This document shows, piece after piece, positions 48,301 to 58,866 of a stretch of DNA of 64,000 nt (the stretch's first letter is position 1; every line of letters begins with the position of its first letter). A program made the translations under genes and the position numbers. The notes beneath the pieces are model-generated. The model did no database searches. It saw nothing but the letters and a program-made list of their open reading frames with translations, and was not told where the DNA came from. Source of the DNA: Caecitellus pseudoparvulus (Eukaryota; Protista; Bigyra: Bicosoecida); contig CBFFRQ010000069.1 in NCBI GenBank assembly GCA_965644315.1, forward strand, positions 558,001-622,000, given 5' to 3'.

Positions 48301-48591
48301 TCTGAGTCTTCTGTAGCGTGAGGGCACCGGCGGAGTTCCGTTGCTTGCGTTGGCGCCCCTACCGTACGTACGCAACGCGCACAGCGAGGCGAGAACGCAA
48401 CACAATGCCAGGCAGCCGTAGCATCTTCATGTTGGTCGTTGGTGTGTGTTGGGCTGTGGGCATTGAAGGCGCCTTGCAACCTCGTCCAGTGCATTTCCAG
48501 TCTGTCTCGACATTCCACCGTTGCATGTACTTTCAGACCCACCAAGTCCTCAGATACGCTTTTTGTTGCACACCCACCCCAACCATTCACC

Positions 48592-50752
48592 ATGTCACTT
48601 CACTTTGATGAAATGGGCTCTGACAGCGAGGATGCAGGGGACACAACGGCAAGTGTCGTGGCTTCGTTAAGTATCGCCACACCCCTCGAGGCTGCACACC
48701 TCTTCAACCGCAGCACGGCTGCCAAAGCTGTGATGGCCGGGAAACGTCGACGGGATGTTGTGCTTTGGGCATCTCACCCTGGCAACTGCACTGGGTCCGT
48801 CGTTGGGGTGCCTGACGTTCTGGAGGGTAATGGTACGTACTGGTTCGCGCCACAGGATCGACGCCCGTGCAGCGCCTCCCCACCCCACCCTAGCATCATG
48901 TGCAGGTGATGCCAACGCACTCACATGCCTTGATGACAGGGAGCTATTCGGCACAGCTAGGGGCGGTTCTAGTGCTGCCATTGCGGCTCGTACGTACCTG
49001 CTCTGCAGTCACGGTAGCCACAGCGTTCTAACGGCCACTGCTAAGCTTCGTTGGACCGGACCAATCCCGCTCCCCTTCCCCAGAAGCCTTCGCCGCAAAT
49101 ACAATGGCGAGCTGCAGACCGATCAAGGCACCAAGGCCGCTTGACCTTGCTGAGAAGCTTGAATCGGCGAAGGAGCTGCTTGAGTCTATTGGCACGCCCA
49201 GCGAGAAACGTCTCATCGAGTTGTTGAACGAGGTTTTCGTTTGGAGCGCAAACACCATGTCCCTTGTCCAACTCTCACTTGGCCTGGGGCAATTCAGAAC
49301 TTCACAGGTAGTGGGTATGGTTGGTCCACTAACGCAGAAGCAGGAAGCAAAGAACTCCAAGAAACGTGGAGCTCGTGGGGGAGACCAGCTGGGTGAACTC
49401 TTAGAGCCCGTGGGGGCGCAGACTCAATCCCATGGCCCCGAAAGTTCAGGGCAGAAGCCCGCCGCATCGTGGTCGACCTCATCCTCGAGAACCCTTCGTT
49501 CATCTTGGCAGACCCCGAGAACCTGGTAGACACACTACGAGCAGCCATCGAGGCAGTTGAGGCCGAGCAGAACGTTGCCCGAGAGGTGGCTGGAGCCACA
49601 GAGGAAGGGGGAGATGGGGTGCCGGTTGGAGCACAAGCCACGAGCCGGGCTCTAGACGACCCTAGGTTCTCAGCACCGTGGAAGTTCAAATGCCTCGAAA
49701 ACGTGATAGCAGCAGCGAGGAAGGTTTCGATACAGAAGGAGCTTACCGAGCGGGGTGGCGTGCTTTGCGCGCTGAAGGACATGGCGAAGAGCAGCAAGAG
49801 TGCGAGTTACGCCGGGCTGAAGGCCGCCATGAGCAATGTCAGGAGCAAGTGCCGCGCCAAAATCACGAGGTGAGTGCCCAGAGGACTCCTTCCGAGTCCG
49901 TGGAGCGCAGCATAGCAGACTTCTGAGCATTGCGCAGTTCGGAATGCCTAGGAAAGTTCGAACCGTGGCACGAGATGCAGAGGAAGTACGAGCCAGTCCA
50001 TGAGAAGTGCACCGGAGGTGCAAGCATTCAGCTTGACCACGACCCAGCCTTCTTCGAGGTGTCTTCCGAGGACCCTGAGTACCGCCACAGTTGGGTGCCC
50101 AAGGTAAGTATGTGTGTGAGTCTAGACCCGCACAGGTGATGCTGGGCCCGAATGCTCCTTTCTCATGCATTCTCTTTGTGCCACAGGCTGAGAGGGGCAA
50201 AAAAAGGGCTGATCGATCAAGGCACCGCCTGTGCTTGCAGGAAGTCAACGTTGCCCGTGAGGCCATCGTCAATCATACCACCATCAAGGCTGTTTTCAAA
50301 CGCCGGGGATCCGAGGACTCCAGTAGCGGCCCCCGTTTCGACCCCAGCTTCAGGCGTTTGGAAGCGGCGCTCAGTGGCCCAGAAGATGTGGCAAAAGGGG
50401 CCAGGATTGTCTTACGATGGATGGAGGCTGCGTACAACGTTGCTGTCGACTGCTTGAACGTGAAGAACAAGCAGTGGGTGACTGATTGTGGGGACCTGAG
50501 CAGCCTGACCGTTGACGACAAGGTGCGTGCGTGCTGTATGTTGGCCATGCTGTGGACGTCGTTACGCATGAAGCACCACGTACAGACGGAGATGGCCGTG
50601 CTTACGCACAAAATTGTGTCCAGGATAACCTGACATGCCCTCCCTCGACCTGGCGCCGAGCCATCCGTGCTGAAGCTACTTCATTGTTCTTCAGGTTGTC
50701 AAGGTGTGTTTCAATGCAATCGATTCACGGCAGACCGAACTTGTTGCGCTAG
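48592..50752 (+). CDS. Putative multi-exon transposon accessory gene (or genes) of unknown function
   Basis: Successive coding-like ORF segments are bounded by strong donors (gtacgt ~48833, gtgagt ~49870, gtaagt ~50104, gtgcgt ~50524) and cag acceptors. It is divergent from the transposase. The exact model is uncertain. Confidence 0.55.
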
Positions 50753-50960
50753 CGAAGAATGTACTACTAGGAAAAATGTCCAGCTGGGCGGTGCGCTAGT
50801 AGTGCGCTGGGCGGCCCTCCGTACTAGTAGCGCCTCGCCCAGCGAAATTTACTAGTACCGAGCACAACCACCCCCGCTCACTAGTGTGCCTCTGGGCATG
50901 CATTCTCACTAGCATTGCAGTCGCCCCACTCACTTCACTAGCGCAAAATTGAGCTCTAGA
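50745..50960. repeat. Right subterminal motif array (CTAG / CACTAGY)
   Basis: About 9 CTAG cores in ~215 bp; the outer copies read CACTAG(T/C), the reverse complement of the left motif. Confidence 0.8.
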
Positions 50961-51080
50961 AAAAAAACACTCTTCAAACTCTCCTTACAGAGCGCGCTCA
51001 GGTGACGGATGGATTTGGCGGATGACTGCAGCGTGTTCCTTGTGGTTGTTGTGAACCAATGGTTCGTGAATTCGACGCGG

Positions 51081-54000
51081 TCAATGTTTTGCACTTTTGG
51101 CTTGTGTGTCCCACGGCTCGTGCTGCAGCACGTCGAACACACACGCCAGCAGGGCAGCCTCCTCCGCCGACGCTGGAGGAAGGCCCGGCGTCTGGTGGCC
51201 TGAAGCCAAGGTGGAGAGGGGAGTGGGCAAGGGCGTGGGCAGACCAGCACTGCTTGATGCCGCGCGCTCCTCCCCGGCCATACCGTCCAGGCACACCTGT
51301 CGCGGGTGCAGGCTTTGCAGCAGCTCTGGCACAGGCGGCAGGGGGCGTGGAGGAGGTGTGGGTGACGGCAAGCCCAGACGACCGGCGAGGCGCGGCAGTG
51401 CGGCGTGCATGCGGTGGCAGAGGGTGGCCAGGCGCCCCGCAGCAGCCAGAGCCTCCGCCCTTCTCGCAGCGGCCTGGGCGGTGTCTTGGGGTGTTGGCAC
51501 AGCCTCCAGGATGACCTTCAGCGGGGGCGGCAGTTCCTCACCTTCCTGCCCCGCCAATGCTGCCAGGGTGCGCAGGGGCATGGAAATGGAGGGGCTTTCC
51601 CCTGCAAAGCGGTGCAGCCACGGCAACGTGACTTGCGTCAGGTGCAGGAAGGCTGCCCGAAGTGCCGTCTGGCGCTGGGCCGCTTTGCCCACCAGCAGGC
51701 CAGGGGTCTGCAGCGCGTCATCCAACGCAGGCAAACCAAAGAAGCTGCGCCCGCGCGTGGGTCGGGCACGGGGCAAGACACAGGTGGGGTGTCTGGCGAG
51801 CAGCAGTTCCCCCAGCGGGTCCACTAAGTGGGCTGCCGGCAACCCGGCGCGGAGCAGGGTCTGCACGGCATGCTGCAGGTGCGGTGGTACAGCCGGCACG
51901 CTGGATAGGTGGGGGTGGCTCAATTTCAAGCTTTCATGCAGCACAGCGAGGCTCAAGTCCGGCTGTGTGCCAGTCATCACGCGCGCATCAGCCACCTGCT
52001 TTGGGGAGGCGGGCGCTGCTGGCACGAACTCTCCAAGCCAGGTCCGCAGTGCTGGGCTTGCGTTCGCCGTGGCGATGGGGAAGGGGCAGTGTGGAGGCGA
52101 GCTGCGGGACCCAGTAACCTGGCATAGCAAGACGCTGGGGCGACTAACCGTAGCTGGTGTGGCTACCGCGTACCCATGTTGCAAAAGGGCGACTCGGGCG
52201 AAGCGAGCCACTATTGCTGAAAGCTTCGGCAGGTCAGCCGTGCAAGTGAGATCAGACGCAGGCAGCATGGCTAGCAGAGGCGAAGGTGAGGTCGTTTCGT
52301 CACCTGCGGCGGTGTCGCAGGCCGGGCCCCTCATGTCCGCGGTTGGTGGCAGGGCCAGCAGTTCGGTTGCAGCGTGTGGCTGGAAGCCGGCCACGGAGTC
52401 CACCGCCACCAACCACAGTGCAAGGCGGCCAGAAATGGGCAGCTGCTGCGACCCCGGCCGACTGCCCATGAACGCCTGGCTGGCAGCAGCAGCCGTTGAA
52501 ATGTCAGCAGGGTCACGCCACGTGGCCCCTGATGGTCCACTGCGGCTCACGCCTCGAACACCGTCTGCCACCTGGGCTTCACCTCTCGCCTTGTGAGAAC
52601 CAGCAGACCGCGTATGCAGCGCACTGGGGAGGTACTGTGACGCCCGTGCGGCTGCCGCCTGGGTCTGCAGCAAGACACACCGGCGCCAGTGGGCAACCGC
52701 CGCGGCGCCACGCAGCACCTCCCCAACATCCGACTGCAGCATGCCGACTTGGGCCTTGGCCGCCTGGAGTGTGGCCAGAGCCTGCATCAGCTTTCCACGG
52801 CGGTGCTGCACGCAGGCGCTGCTCAGCTGCATGTGTCGGATTGCGATGGCCCGCTGCCGAACTGCCGCCAAAACTCGGCGGCGAGCAGCCGACACTCTTT
52901 CCAAGTCGGCGCCGTGAGCCAGGGACAGACCACTGCTGCCCTGTACTGCGGCGTGGAAGTGGGCTGAGGCCATGTCCGCCTGCTCGCGCAGCTCAAGGAG
53001 GGTGCTCAGCTGTGCTGCTCGTCCATGCTCTGGCTGAAGTTCCAGCACGGCGCAGTGAGTGGCTTGGTGCTGGCGCAGAGTGCGCAGCCACACGACAAGC
53101 AAGCGCCACAGGTGACGACTGGACACCCAAAAGTTTTGTGTGATGCTAGCTTGCACGTAAGCATTGAACTCAGCTGCCGTAAATGCGCCTTGGCATAGGC
53201 GAGTCGTGTGGGCTCGCAGCAGACGCACCACGCGGGGAGTCACTGCTGCTTCCGCTGGTGTGAGCCCTTCAGAGTTCAGGGCTGACAAGGGTGGGCGAAA
53301 TGGCAGCAGTAGACGCACAATCCGCTCGCCTCGGGGGTCATACACGCTGACTGCGGCGTGGAGAGGCGTGTTGCCTTGCGAGTCCTGTGCCAGAAGCATG
53401 CTGTGGAGGTCACTGCGCTGCAGTAGGGCACGCACGCCAGCCACATCACTGAGGTAGGCAGCCTGGTGCAAGGGCGTGGCGTACGATTGCGTCAGGAGGG
53501 GGCTCTCATGTGGGGGGGCACAGCGGGTGATGAGGCTGCGCACTGCCTCGCTGGGGCGGCCATCAGGGGGCGGGCGCATGGACCCGCCAAGCGGAACGTG
53601 CGCCTGCTGTGGGGCCTGCTCTCCCGTCTGCACACTGGACGGGTCGTCCGCTGCCCAAGCTTGCCCTGCCAAAACGTCAGGGCAGACACTGCGCGCAGCA
53701 GCACGGCAGCCGCTTCGTGCATCCACTGCCCAGCATGCCATGCGGTGCTTGTGTCGAGGGGGCAGCAGCGACGCCCACACGTCTGGTGCCGGGCTGTCTC
53801 GAGCGGCCACGACTTCGCTCAGGCGCTGTGTGTACCATGCCACATCACACGCCGGCCAAGTGGGAATGTGTGGGTCTGCCCTGGGCGGGAAGGAAGCCTC
53901 ATGCCCAGCGGGGGCGCTGGCCTGGCGGGGCATGCGTCCTCTGCGAGCTGCCAATCGCAGGGCATTCCAGCATTTGCGCAAGGTGTGTTGGCGGATAGAC

Positions 54001-57000
54001 TGGCGGTACAGGAAGAGAAAGGCTGCCCATTGGCGTCGTCCGCGGGTCGCGTGGCGCCAAGAGCAGAAAACACGCAGCTTGCAGGCAAGGTTCCAGCCCA
54101 CCGTGGGCCCAGCCATTTCAGAAGCCACCATCCAGGCCGCCTGGTGTGGTCGCATGCGGACAGGAAAGCAGGCAGAAGCAGGTCGCAGTTGTGTCGTCAA
54201 GGTGGGGGTGGGCGTGGGCGGGGCACGCACCCACGCCGGCAGCGAGCCCAGGCACTGTGCACTGTGCCCAAAGGTACCTTCCTGTTCCCAGCACCGCAGC
54301 ACGCTTCGAAGGCGCTCAGGCGCTTCCAAGACGCTGGCCAGCTGCCTGCCGCTGGGGGGTGGCGTGCCGGCAGAGTCACCATCACTGTGGTCAGACCCAT
54401 CTTGCGCGCCGGCGCCGTGCACACTGGGAATGCACACCGTAGCTGCCTGCAAGACTCTGCAGGTGGAGGTCGCCCCCCACTGCAGCTCGCCGGAGGCGCC
54501 ATCGAAAAGAGCGGCGTGTGCCTCACTTGCAATGGCACGCCTGCGCGCAACTTGTCGCCACGCAGGGCCGTGCAGCCGAAGCAAGCCTGCCGCTCGCAGA
54601 GCCAAAGCATGTAACGCTTCTGTGTTCCAAGCTCGCAGAACATACTTCGCCGTGTTGCGCTGAACTAGCGCCTGGGCTGCACTGTGTGCCGCTCGCAGCC
54701 GCTGCCGCTTGTGCGTTGCTTGACGCCACGCAAGAAACACGCGCTTCTGAAGAAAAGCTCGGGGCACCCGGTCCTCCATCCTGCGCTTCCACGCCAAGAA
54801 CATTTTCTTGCGTGTGCTGCGGCGCCATCGGAGACTCGCAAGCTTGGTGTGCATGCGATCAGTCGCCGCCCGCCACACTGCGTCTCGCCACCGACCAAAG
54901 GCTGAGTGGACGATTGCAATGTCGACAAGGGAAGCCTTGCCGCGGGCTTCGATGCGATCTTGGATGGATGCAGCGGCAGTGAATGATGCGTGTCGTACAA
55001 GTGAAGTGGCGCCGCCTGGGCTTCGAGAGTCGGTGCAGAACGAAGCTGCCCGCAGCAGGGCAGGAGGCCGGCGTGATGTGGCACTTGCCGGCGCGACCAC
55101 AGTCGTCGCATCGGCCATGATCACAGCAGGCATGCGATGAGCGAATAACCGCAGGTGCAGTGCCATGTCAGGTGGTACAGGCACTGCAAACGACAAGGAG
55201 TGCAGCGCACCAGCGCGCGCCCAAGTGCAATATCGCGCCCACACATGCCAACGGTGCATGCAAGGCCTGCACATGTGCACGCCCCACATGCGACCTGTCA
55301 TGGATGTGAGCGTGCCCCTGGCACCGTCATTGACAGCAGCGACGAGGCGGCGGCAGGCTTCACGCCTGCGAGCTTTGGTGGCAGCCACGTGGCTCCCCAG
55401 CGCCCGCAGCACCCTTTGTTGCAGTTCCGCCCGCATGATGGAGTCCAGCTGCCCCAGCATGTACTCAACATGGCTGCGTTTCAAGTGAGCTGACGTATCG
55501 GCTGCCACTGCACTGGCCTCTGCCTCCTCCAACACCGACAGGTCCGTCGCAGCGCCGGCAGCGTGGGCTGCTCGAGCTCGTGCGGCCAGGCGCTGGCGAA
55601 TGCCTTGTGCGTCCTTGATGCGCCGCAGCTGCAGGCGCGTCTCAAAGAGCATGAGTTTTTGCTCCAGCTGCCCCGCGAAGCGCGCGAAGTAGCCGGTGGA
55701 GAGGAGGGAGGTGGCGGGTGGTTTGGCGGACGGTGCTGAGGGTGACGGCTCCGGTATCGACCGCCGCGGCACGCCACCCTCCTGAGGGGAAGCTGCGCGC
55801 TGGGCGCGGTACCACAGGCGCTGGGCGCCCGTCAAGTTGTGCGGGGGGGACGACGGTGGCCCCTGGCTGTCAGAGCTGCTCGCGCTGCCCTCTCCCCAGG
55901 ACGCCACCCGCACAGCATCCACGAGAGGCGCAGGCCGCGCCACACCGAGCGCGGGCACGTCGCCATCCTCCTCCCAGTACTCCTCCAGAAGGGGACCAAG
56001 AGATGCCTGTCGCTGCTGCGAGGCTGCCGCCTCCTCCTCTGCCGTAGCCAGGCCTTGCAGCCTGAGAGAACTCATGCGGCGGAGGCTGGACTGCGCCACC
56101 ACCGCCCGGCCCTTGGCGGAGAAGAGGATGTGGTACAGCAGGGACGACACGTGACCAGAGCGCAGGGTGTGCATGAACAGGTCTGCCACTGCCGTGCGTG
56201 TGACCAGCGTGTCCCGTGCCTCGGCGGCCCACGCCCCCCACACGGTGCCGAGAAGGCGCCGGCGGCGCAGGCGCGCTGCGGCAGCCAGTGCCCGCCAGGC
56301 CAAGAGAGTGCTCTGCAGGCGACGCTGGCGACGCTGCCACGTGTGGCGGAAGGCAGTGTGCAGACGAGACCCCCGGTACCACGCTGCTATCCTGCTGGCA
56401 GCCTTGCCGGCCTTCACCGAGCGGATGACACGTGCCACTGCCTGCTGCACCTCTGCGGCATCTCGCTGCGCCGCCCTGTGAGCGGCCTGGCGGCTGTGTG
56501 CTGCCGAGGCACTTGCACGAGGGAGTGGCTGGTGCTGGTGCAGGGCCATGGCTGCCTGCGCCATGCCTGGGCGCTGCAGCAGCGCTGCCATGCGAGGGGA
56601 CTCCGCCGCCAGCTGGGCGGGGTGGGCGTGCCGGACTGGGGCCACGGCGTGTAGGGCGGCGCTGTGGGCTTCCCTGGCGGCGGGCAGCAGGGGCAGGCTG
56701 GCAGTGGGGGTCAGGCGCCCCAAGCTGGCTGCAAGGGGCTCCAGGGCAGTGTGCTGTGCCGGAGTCAGGGTGACTTCTGCGCCAGCTCCAGGGGCAGAGG
56801 CTGCCGAAGCACGGGGGATGGAGATGAGGGAATCCCCCAAGTCGATGGAGACACGAGACAAGGTGTTTCTGGCTCGGCCGCGCGCAGGTGCTTGCTTTGG
56901 GCGTGCAGCTGGTGAAGTACGTGATTCCAGGCGGTCGCCGGGCAGGGGGCTGGGTCGTCGCGTGCGACGCGGAAGGTCGCTCTCTGACGCTGCTCGCTGC

Positions 57001-57278
57001 AGGAGGGGGGACAACTTCACGGGCCGCAGCTCAGCGACACTGGCGCATTGAATCATGGGCGAAGCGTCTGCCCTCATGCCCCGCCCTCCTAAAACGCGCA
57101 CCAAGCCGCTGGCAGGCGTTGCTGGTCCAGCTGGCGCTGCCCATTTTCCCGGGCTGTGGCGCAGAGTTGCGGTGTGCCGAGCAGCTGACCTGGTGCGCGA
57201 GACAGTGCCTGAGCGCCCTATGGGCGTCCTGGGTGGAAGTCTATGTGGGCTTGATACTCCTGGTGTCGACGGCAGCAT
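51081..57278 (-). CDS. Large protein with IQ-like motif, Sfi1-like Trp repeats and ankyrin repeats
   Basis: AASRIAAWYRG; repeated F/L-x-x-W-R/K units (AFGRWR, MFLAWK, VFLAWR, VFCSWR); ankyrin motifs TPLHQAA, GNTPLHAAV and GLTPAEAA. First ATG is at 57278. Confidence 0.7.
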   Translation of the reverse strand: MLPSTPGVSSPHRLPPRTPIGRSGTVSRTRSAARHTATLRHSPGKWAAPAGPATPASGLVRVLGGRGMRADASPMIQCASVAELRPVKLSPLLQRAASESDLPRRTRRPSPLPGDRLESRTSPAARPKQAPARGRARNTLSRVSIDLGDSLISIPRASAASAPGAGAEVTLTPAQHTALEPLAASLGRLTPTASLPLLPAAREAHSAALHAVAPVRHAHPAQLAAESPRMAALLQRPGMAQAAMALHQHQPLPRASASAAHSRQAAHRAAQRDAAEVQQAVARVIRSVKAGKAASRIAAWYRGSRLHTAFRHTWQRRQRRLQSTLLAWRALAAAARLRRRRLLGTVWGAWAAEARDTLVTRTAVADLFMHTLRSGHVSSLLYHILFSAKGRAVVAQSSLRRMSSLRLQGLATAEEEAAASQQRQASLGPLLEEYWEEDGDVPALGVARPAPLVDAVRVASWGEGSASSSDSQGPPSSPPHNLTGAQRLWYRAQRAASPQEGGVPRRSIPEPSPSAPSAKPPATSLLSTGYFARFAGQLEQKLMLFETRLQLRRIKDAQGIRQRLAARARAAHAAGAATDLSVLEEAEASAVAADTSAHLKRSHVEYMLGQLDSIMRAELQQRVLRALGSHVAATKARRREACRRLVAAVNDGARGTLTSMTGRMWGVHMCRPCMHRWHVWARYCTWARAGALHSLSFAVPVPPDMALHLRLFAHRMPAVIMADATTVVAPASATSRRPPALLRAASFCTDSRSPGGATSLVRHASFTAAASIQDRIEARGKASLVDIAIVHSAFGRWRDAVWRAATDRMHTKLASLRWRRSTRKKMFLAWKRRMEDRVPRAFLQKRVFLAWRQATHKRQRLRAAHSAAQALVQRNTAKYVLRAWNTEALHALALRAAGLLRLHGPAWRQVARRRAIASEAHAALFDGASGELQWGATSTCRVLQAATVCIPSVHGAGAQDGSDHSDGDSAGTPPPSGRQLASVLEAPERLRSVLRCWEQEGTFGHSAQCLGSLPAWVRAPPTPTPTLTTQLRPASACFPVRMRPHQAAWMVASEMAGPTVGWNLACKLRVFCSWRHATRGRRQWAAFLFLYRQSIRQHTLRKCWNALRLAARRGRMPRQASAPAGHEASFPPRADPHIPTWPACDVAWYTQRLSEVVAARDSPAPDVWASLLPPRHKHRMACWAVDARSGCRAAARSVCPDVLAGQAWAADDPSSVQTGEQAPQQAHVPLGGSMRPPPDGRPSEAVRSLITRCAPPHESPLLTQSYATPLHQAAYLSDVAGVRALLQRSDLHSMLLAQDSQGNTPLHAAVSVYDPRGERIVRLLLPFRPPLSALNSEGLTPAEAAVTPRVVRLLRAHTTRLCQGAFTAAEFNAYVQASITQNFWVSSRHLWRLLVVWLRTLRQHQATHCAVLELQPEHGRAAQLSTLLELREQADMASAHFHAAVQGSSGLSLAHGADLERVSAARRRVLAAVRQRAIAIRHMQLSSACVQHRRGKLMQALATLQAAKAQVGMLQSDVGEVLRGAAAVAHWRRCVLLQTQAAAARASQYLPSALHTRSAGSHKARGEAQVADGVRGVSRSGPSGATWRDPADISTAAAASQAFMGSRPGSQQLPISGRLALWLVAVDSVAGFQPHAATELLALPPTADMRGPACDTAAGDETTSPSPLLAMLPASDLTCTADLPKLSAIVARFARVALLQHGYAVATPATVSRPSVLLCQVTGSRSSPPHCPFPIATANASPALRTWLGEFVPAAPASPKQVADARVMTGTQPDLSLAVLHESLKLSHPHLSSVPAVPPHLQHAVQTLLRAGLPAAHLVDPLGELLLARHPTCVLPRARPTRGRSFFGLPALDDALQTPGLLVGKAAQRQTALRAAFLHLTQVTLPWLHRFAGESPSISMPLRTLAALAGQEGEELPPPLKVILEAVPTPQDTAQAAARRAEALAAAGRLATLCHRMHAALPRLAGRLGLPSPTPPPRPLPPVPELLQSLHPRQVCLDGMAGEERAASSSAGLPTPLPTPLSTLASGHQTPGLPPASAEEAALLACVFDVLQHEPWDTQAKSAKH

Positions 57279-57507
57279 GGCCGCAGTGTCAGGCTCGCAC
57301 ACGGCGGTTTCCCGTGCCTGTCCTCATGTGTGTCGCAGCGGCTGCTCTCCAAGGCGCAGAGAGGCCTCTCGCTCACAATTCGCAACGCACAGAATAATCA
57401 AGGCCATCTACATGCCAATTCTGATTTGATTGAAAGTTTGGGCTGCTCAAAACTGCCAAGCATTGGAAATCGCCGGAGAAGTGCTCGCTAGACGAGCGCA
57501 GTTTCGC

Positions 57508-58863
57508 ATGGCAAGTTCCGCAGCCGAGCACCTCCCCGCAAGCGCACTGGAAGCGGAGCGGCAGCAGGCAATCAACACCGCCTTTGAGCAAGACGACGAA
57601 GATGCCCTCGTCGACATTCTCGCCAAGGTGGACGCAGGGCAGAGGCTGACCGTGCAAGTGGGCGGCGAGGCTCTGGACCTGGGCGAAACGGCAGCGAGGC
57701 GAGGCAAGATGGGCATGCTGTCGGCCCTGCACCGGGCGGGCCGGGAGCTGCTGGGGCAAGGCCACATCCAGCCCCACCTTCAGCATATCGCAGCAGAGGC
57801 GGGCCAGGTGGACGCCCTGCGGGCGCTGCTTGAGTGGTGTGGGGGGGACAAGCGGACAGCCCTGTGGGAGACACCCCTGCACTTTGCCTGCCGCCACGGT
57901 CAGGCTTCCACGGCGGAGCTCCTTGTGCAGAGCGGAGAAGACATTGACGCCTGCTCTGCGCACAAGGCCACCCCGCTGGCAGAGGCGCTGAGTGGGGGGC
58001 ACGTCCCACTCGCCGACGATCTAGCAGAGTGGGGCGCGGCACTGACGCCGCCCAACTGCCCCTCCATGGCGTGTGTCGCAGCCCGTGGTGGACACATGGC
58101 CAGCTTGCAGTGGGTGGAAAAAGTGGGCCTCGACCTAGATGCGCCCGGCGCTCCGTATGGCAGCGCCGTGGAGGAAGCTTGGAAGGCGGGTCACACAGAG
58201 GCCGCGTTGTGGCTGGCCGATCGCGCGGGCTCTGCTCGAACGAAGCCTGGCGGCAGCATTCGCCAGGACCTACTTCTGGCTGCATGCAAAGCAGGAGATG
58301 AGACCCTTGTTCGCTTTGCGTTGGATAGCGGCACTCCCGCAAGCCTTTGCTGCCCGAACAGCCAACCCATGCACTTCGGCGCATCTGCTGGCTGCGTGGG
58401 CATTCTGCAGCTGCTGCAGCGGCACCACGCGAACCCCGATTCGAAGGACAGGTGGGGTCGGCGCCCTCTTCATTTCGCCGCGGAAGGCGGGCATGTGGGC
58501 GCCATGCGCTGGCTGCTGGAGCAAGGTTGCAGCGTGAACGAAGGCAGTGTGCAGGGAGAACGGCCCCTGCACGCAGCTGTCAAACACCCCGAAGCGGTCG
58601 CCCTCCTGTTGCAGTCCGGCGCAGAGCCAAACTTTGCCAACCACGAGGGCGTCACTGCATTCCATGCGGCGTATGCCGCAGACGAAGTGCGCAGCATGAC
58701 CTTGCTGCTGTGGGCTGGCGCGGCCACTTCCATGCAACACAACGGCTTCAACTTCACGGTGCCCAGCCAGCACCCGGTCAGCGAGCGGGTGCTGCAGGAG
58801 TGGCACCACTACACGCGCTACAGGAGAGGAATGGTGCTTTTCCGCGCTTCCCTGGGCAGGTAG
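57508..58863 (+). CDS. Ankyrin repeat protein
   Basis: Repeats ETPLHFAC, TPLAEAL, RRPLHFAAEGGH, RPLHAAV and GVTAFHAA. Confidence 0.9.
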   Translation: MASSAAEHLPASALEAERQQAINTAFEQDDEDALVDILAKVDAGQRLTVQVGGEALDLGETAARRGKMGMLSALHRAGRELLGQGHIQPHLQHIAAEAGQVDALRALLEWCGGDKRTALWETPLHFACRHGQASTAELLVQSGEDIDACSAHKATPLAEALSGGHVPLADDLAEWGAALTPPNCPSMACVAARGGHMASLQWVEKVGLDLDAPGAPYGSAVEEAWKAGHTEAALWLADRAGSARTKPGGSIRQDLLLAACKAGDETLVRFALDSGTPASLCCPNSQPMHFGASAGCVGILQLLQRHHANPDSKDRWGRRPLHFAAEGGHVGAMRWLLEQGCSVNEGSVQGERPLHAAVKHPEAVALLLQSGAEPNFANHEGVTAFHAAYAADEVRSMTLLLWAGAATSMQHNGFNFTVPSQHPVSERVLQEWHHYTRYRRGMVLFRASLGR

Positions 58864-58866
58864 CCC

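Larger units (their letters stand above)
44159..51011. mobile_element. ~6.85-kb DNA transposon, Plavaka/CACTA (CMC)-like
   Basis: Perfect 10-bp TIR (CATCCGTCAC 44159-44168 / GTGACGGATG 51002-51011) with imperfect inverted similarity for ~60 bp. CTAG arrays lie at both ends and a DDE transposase lies inside. Confidence 0.85.

Noticed and set aside
44159-51011. Helitron, virophage/Polinton or tyrosine-recombinase retroelement
   Set aside because: No Rep/helicase, capsid, packaging ATPase, polB, RT or YR motifs were seen; TIRs and a DDE transposase are present instead.
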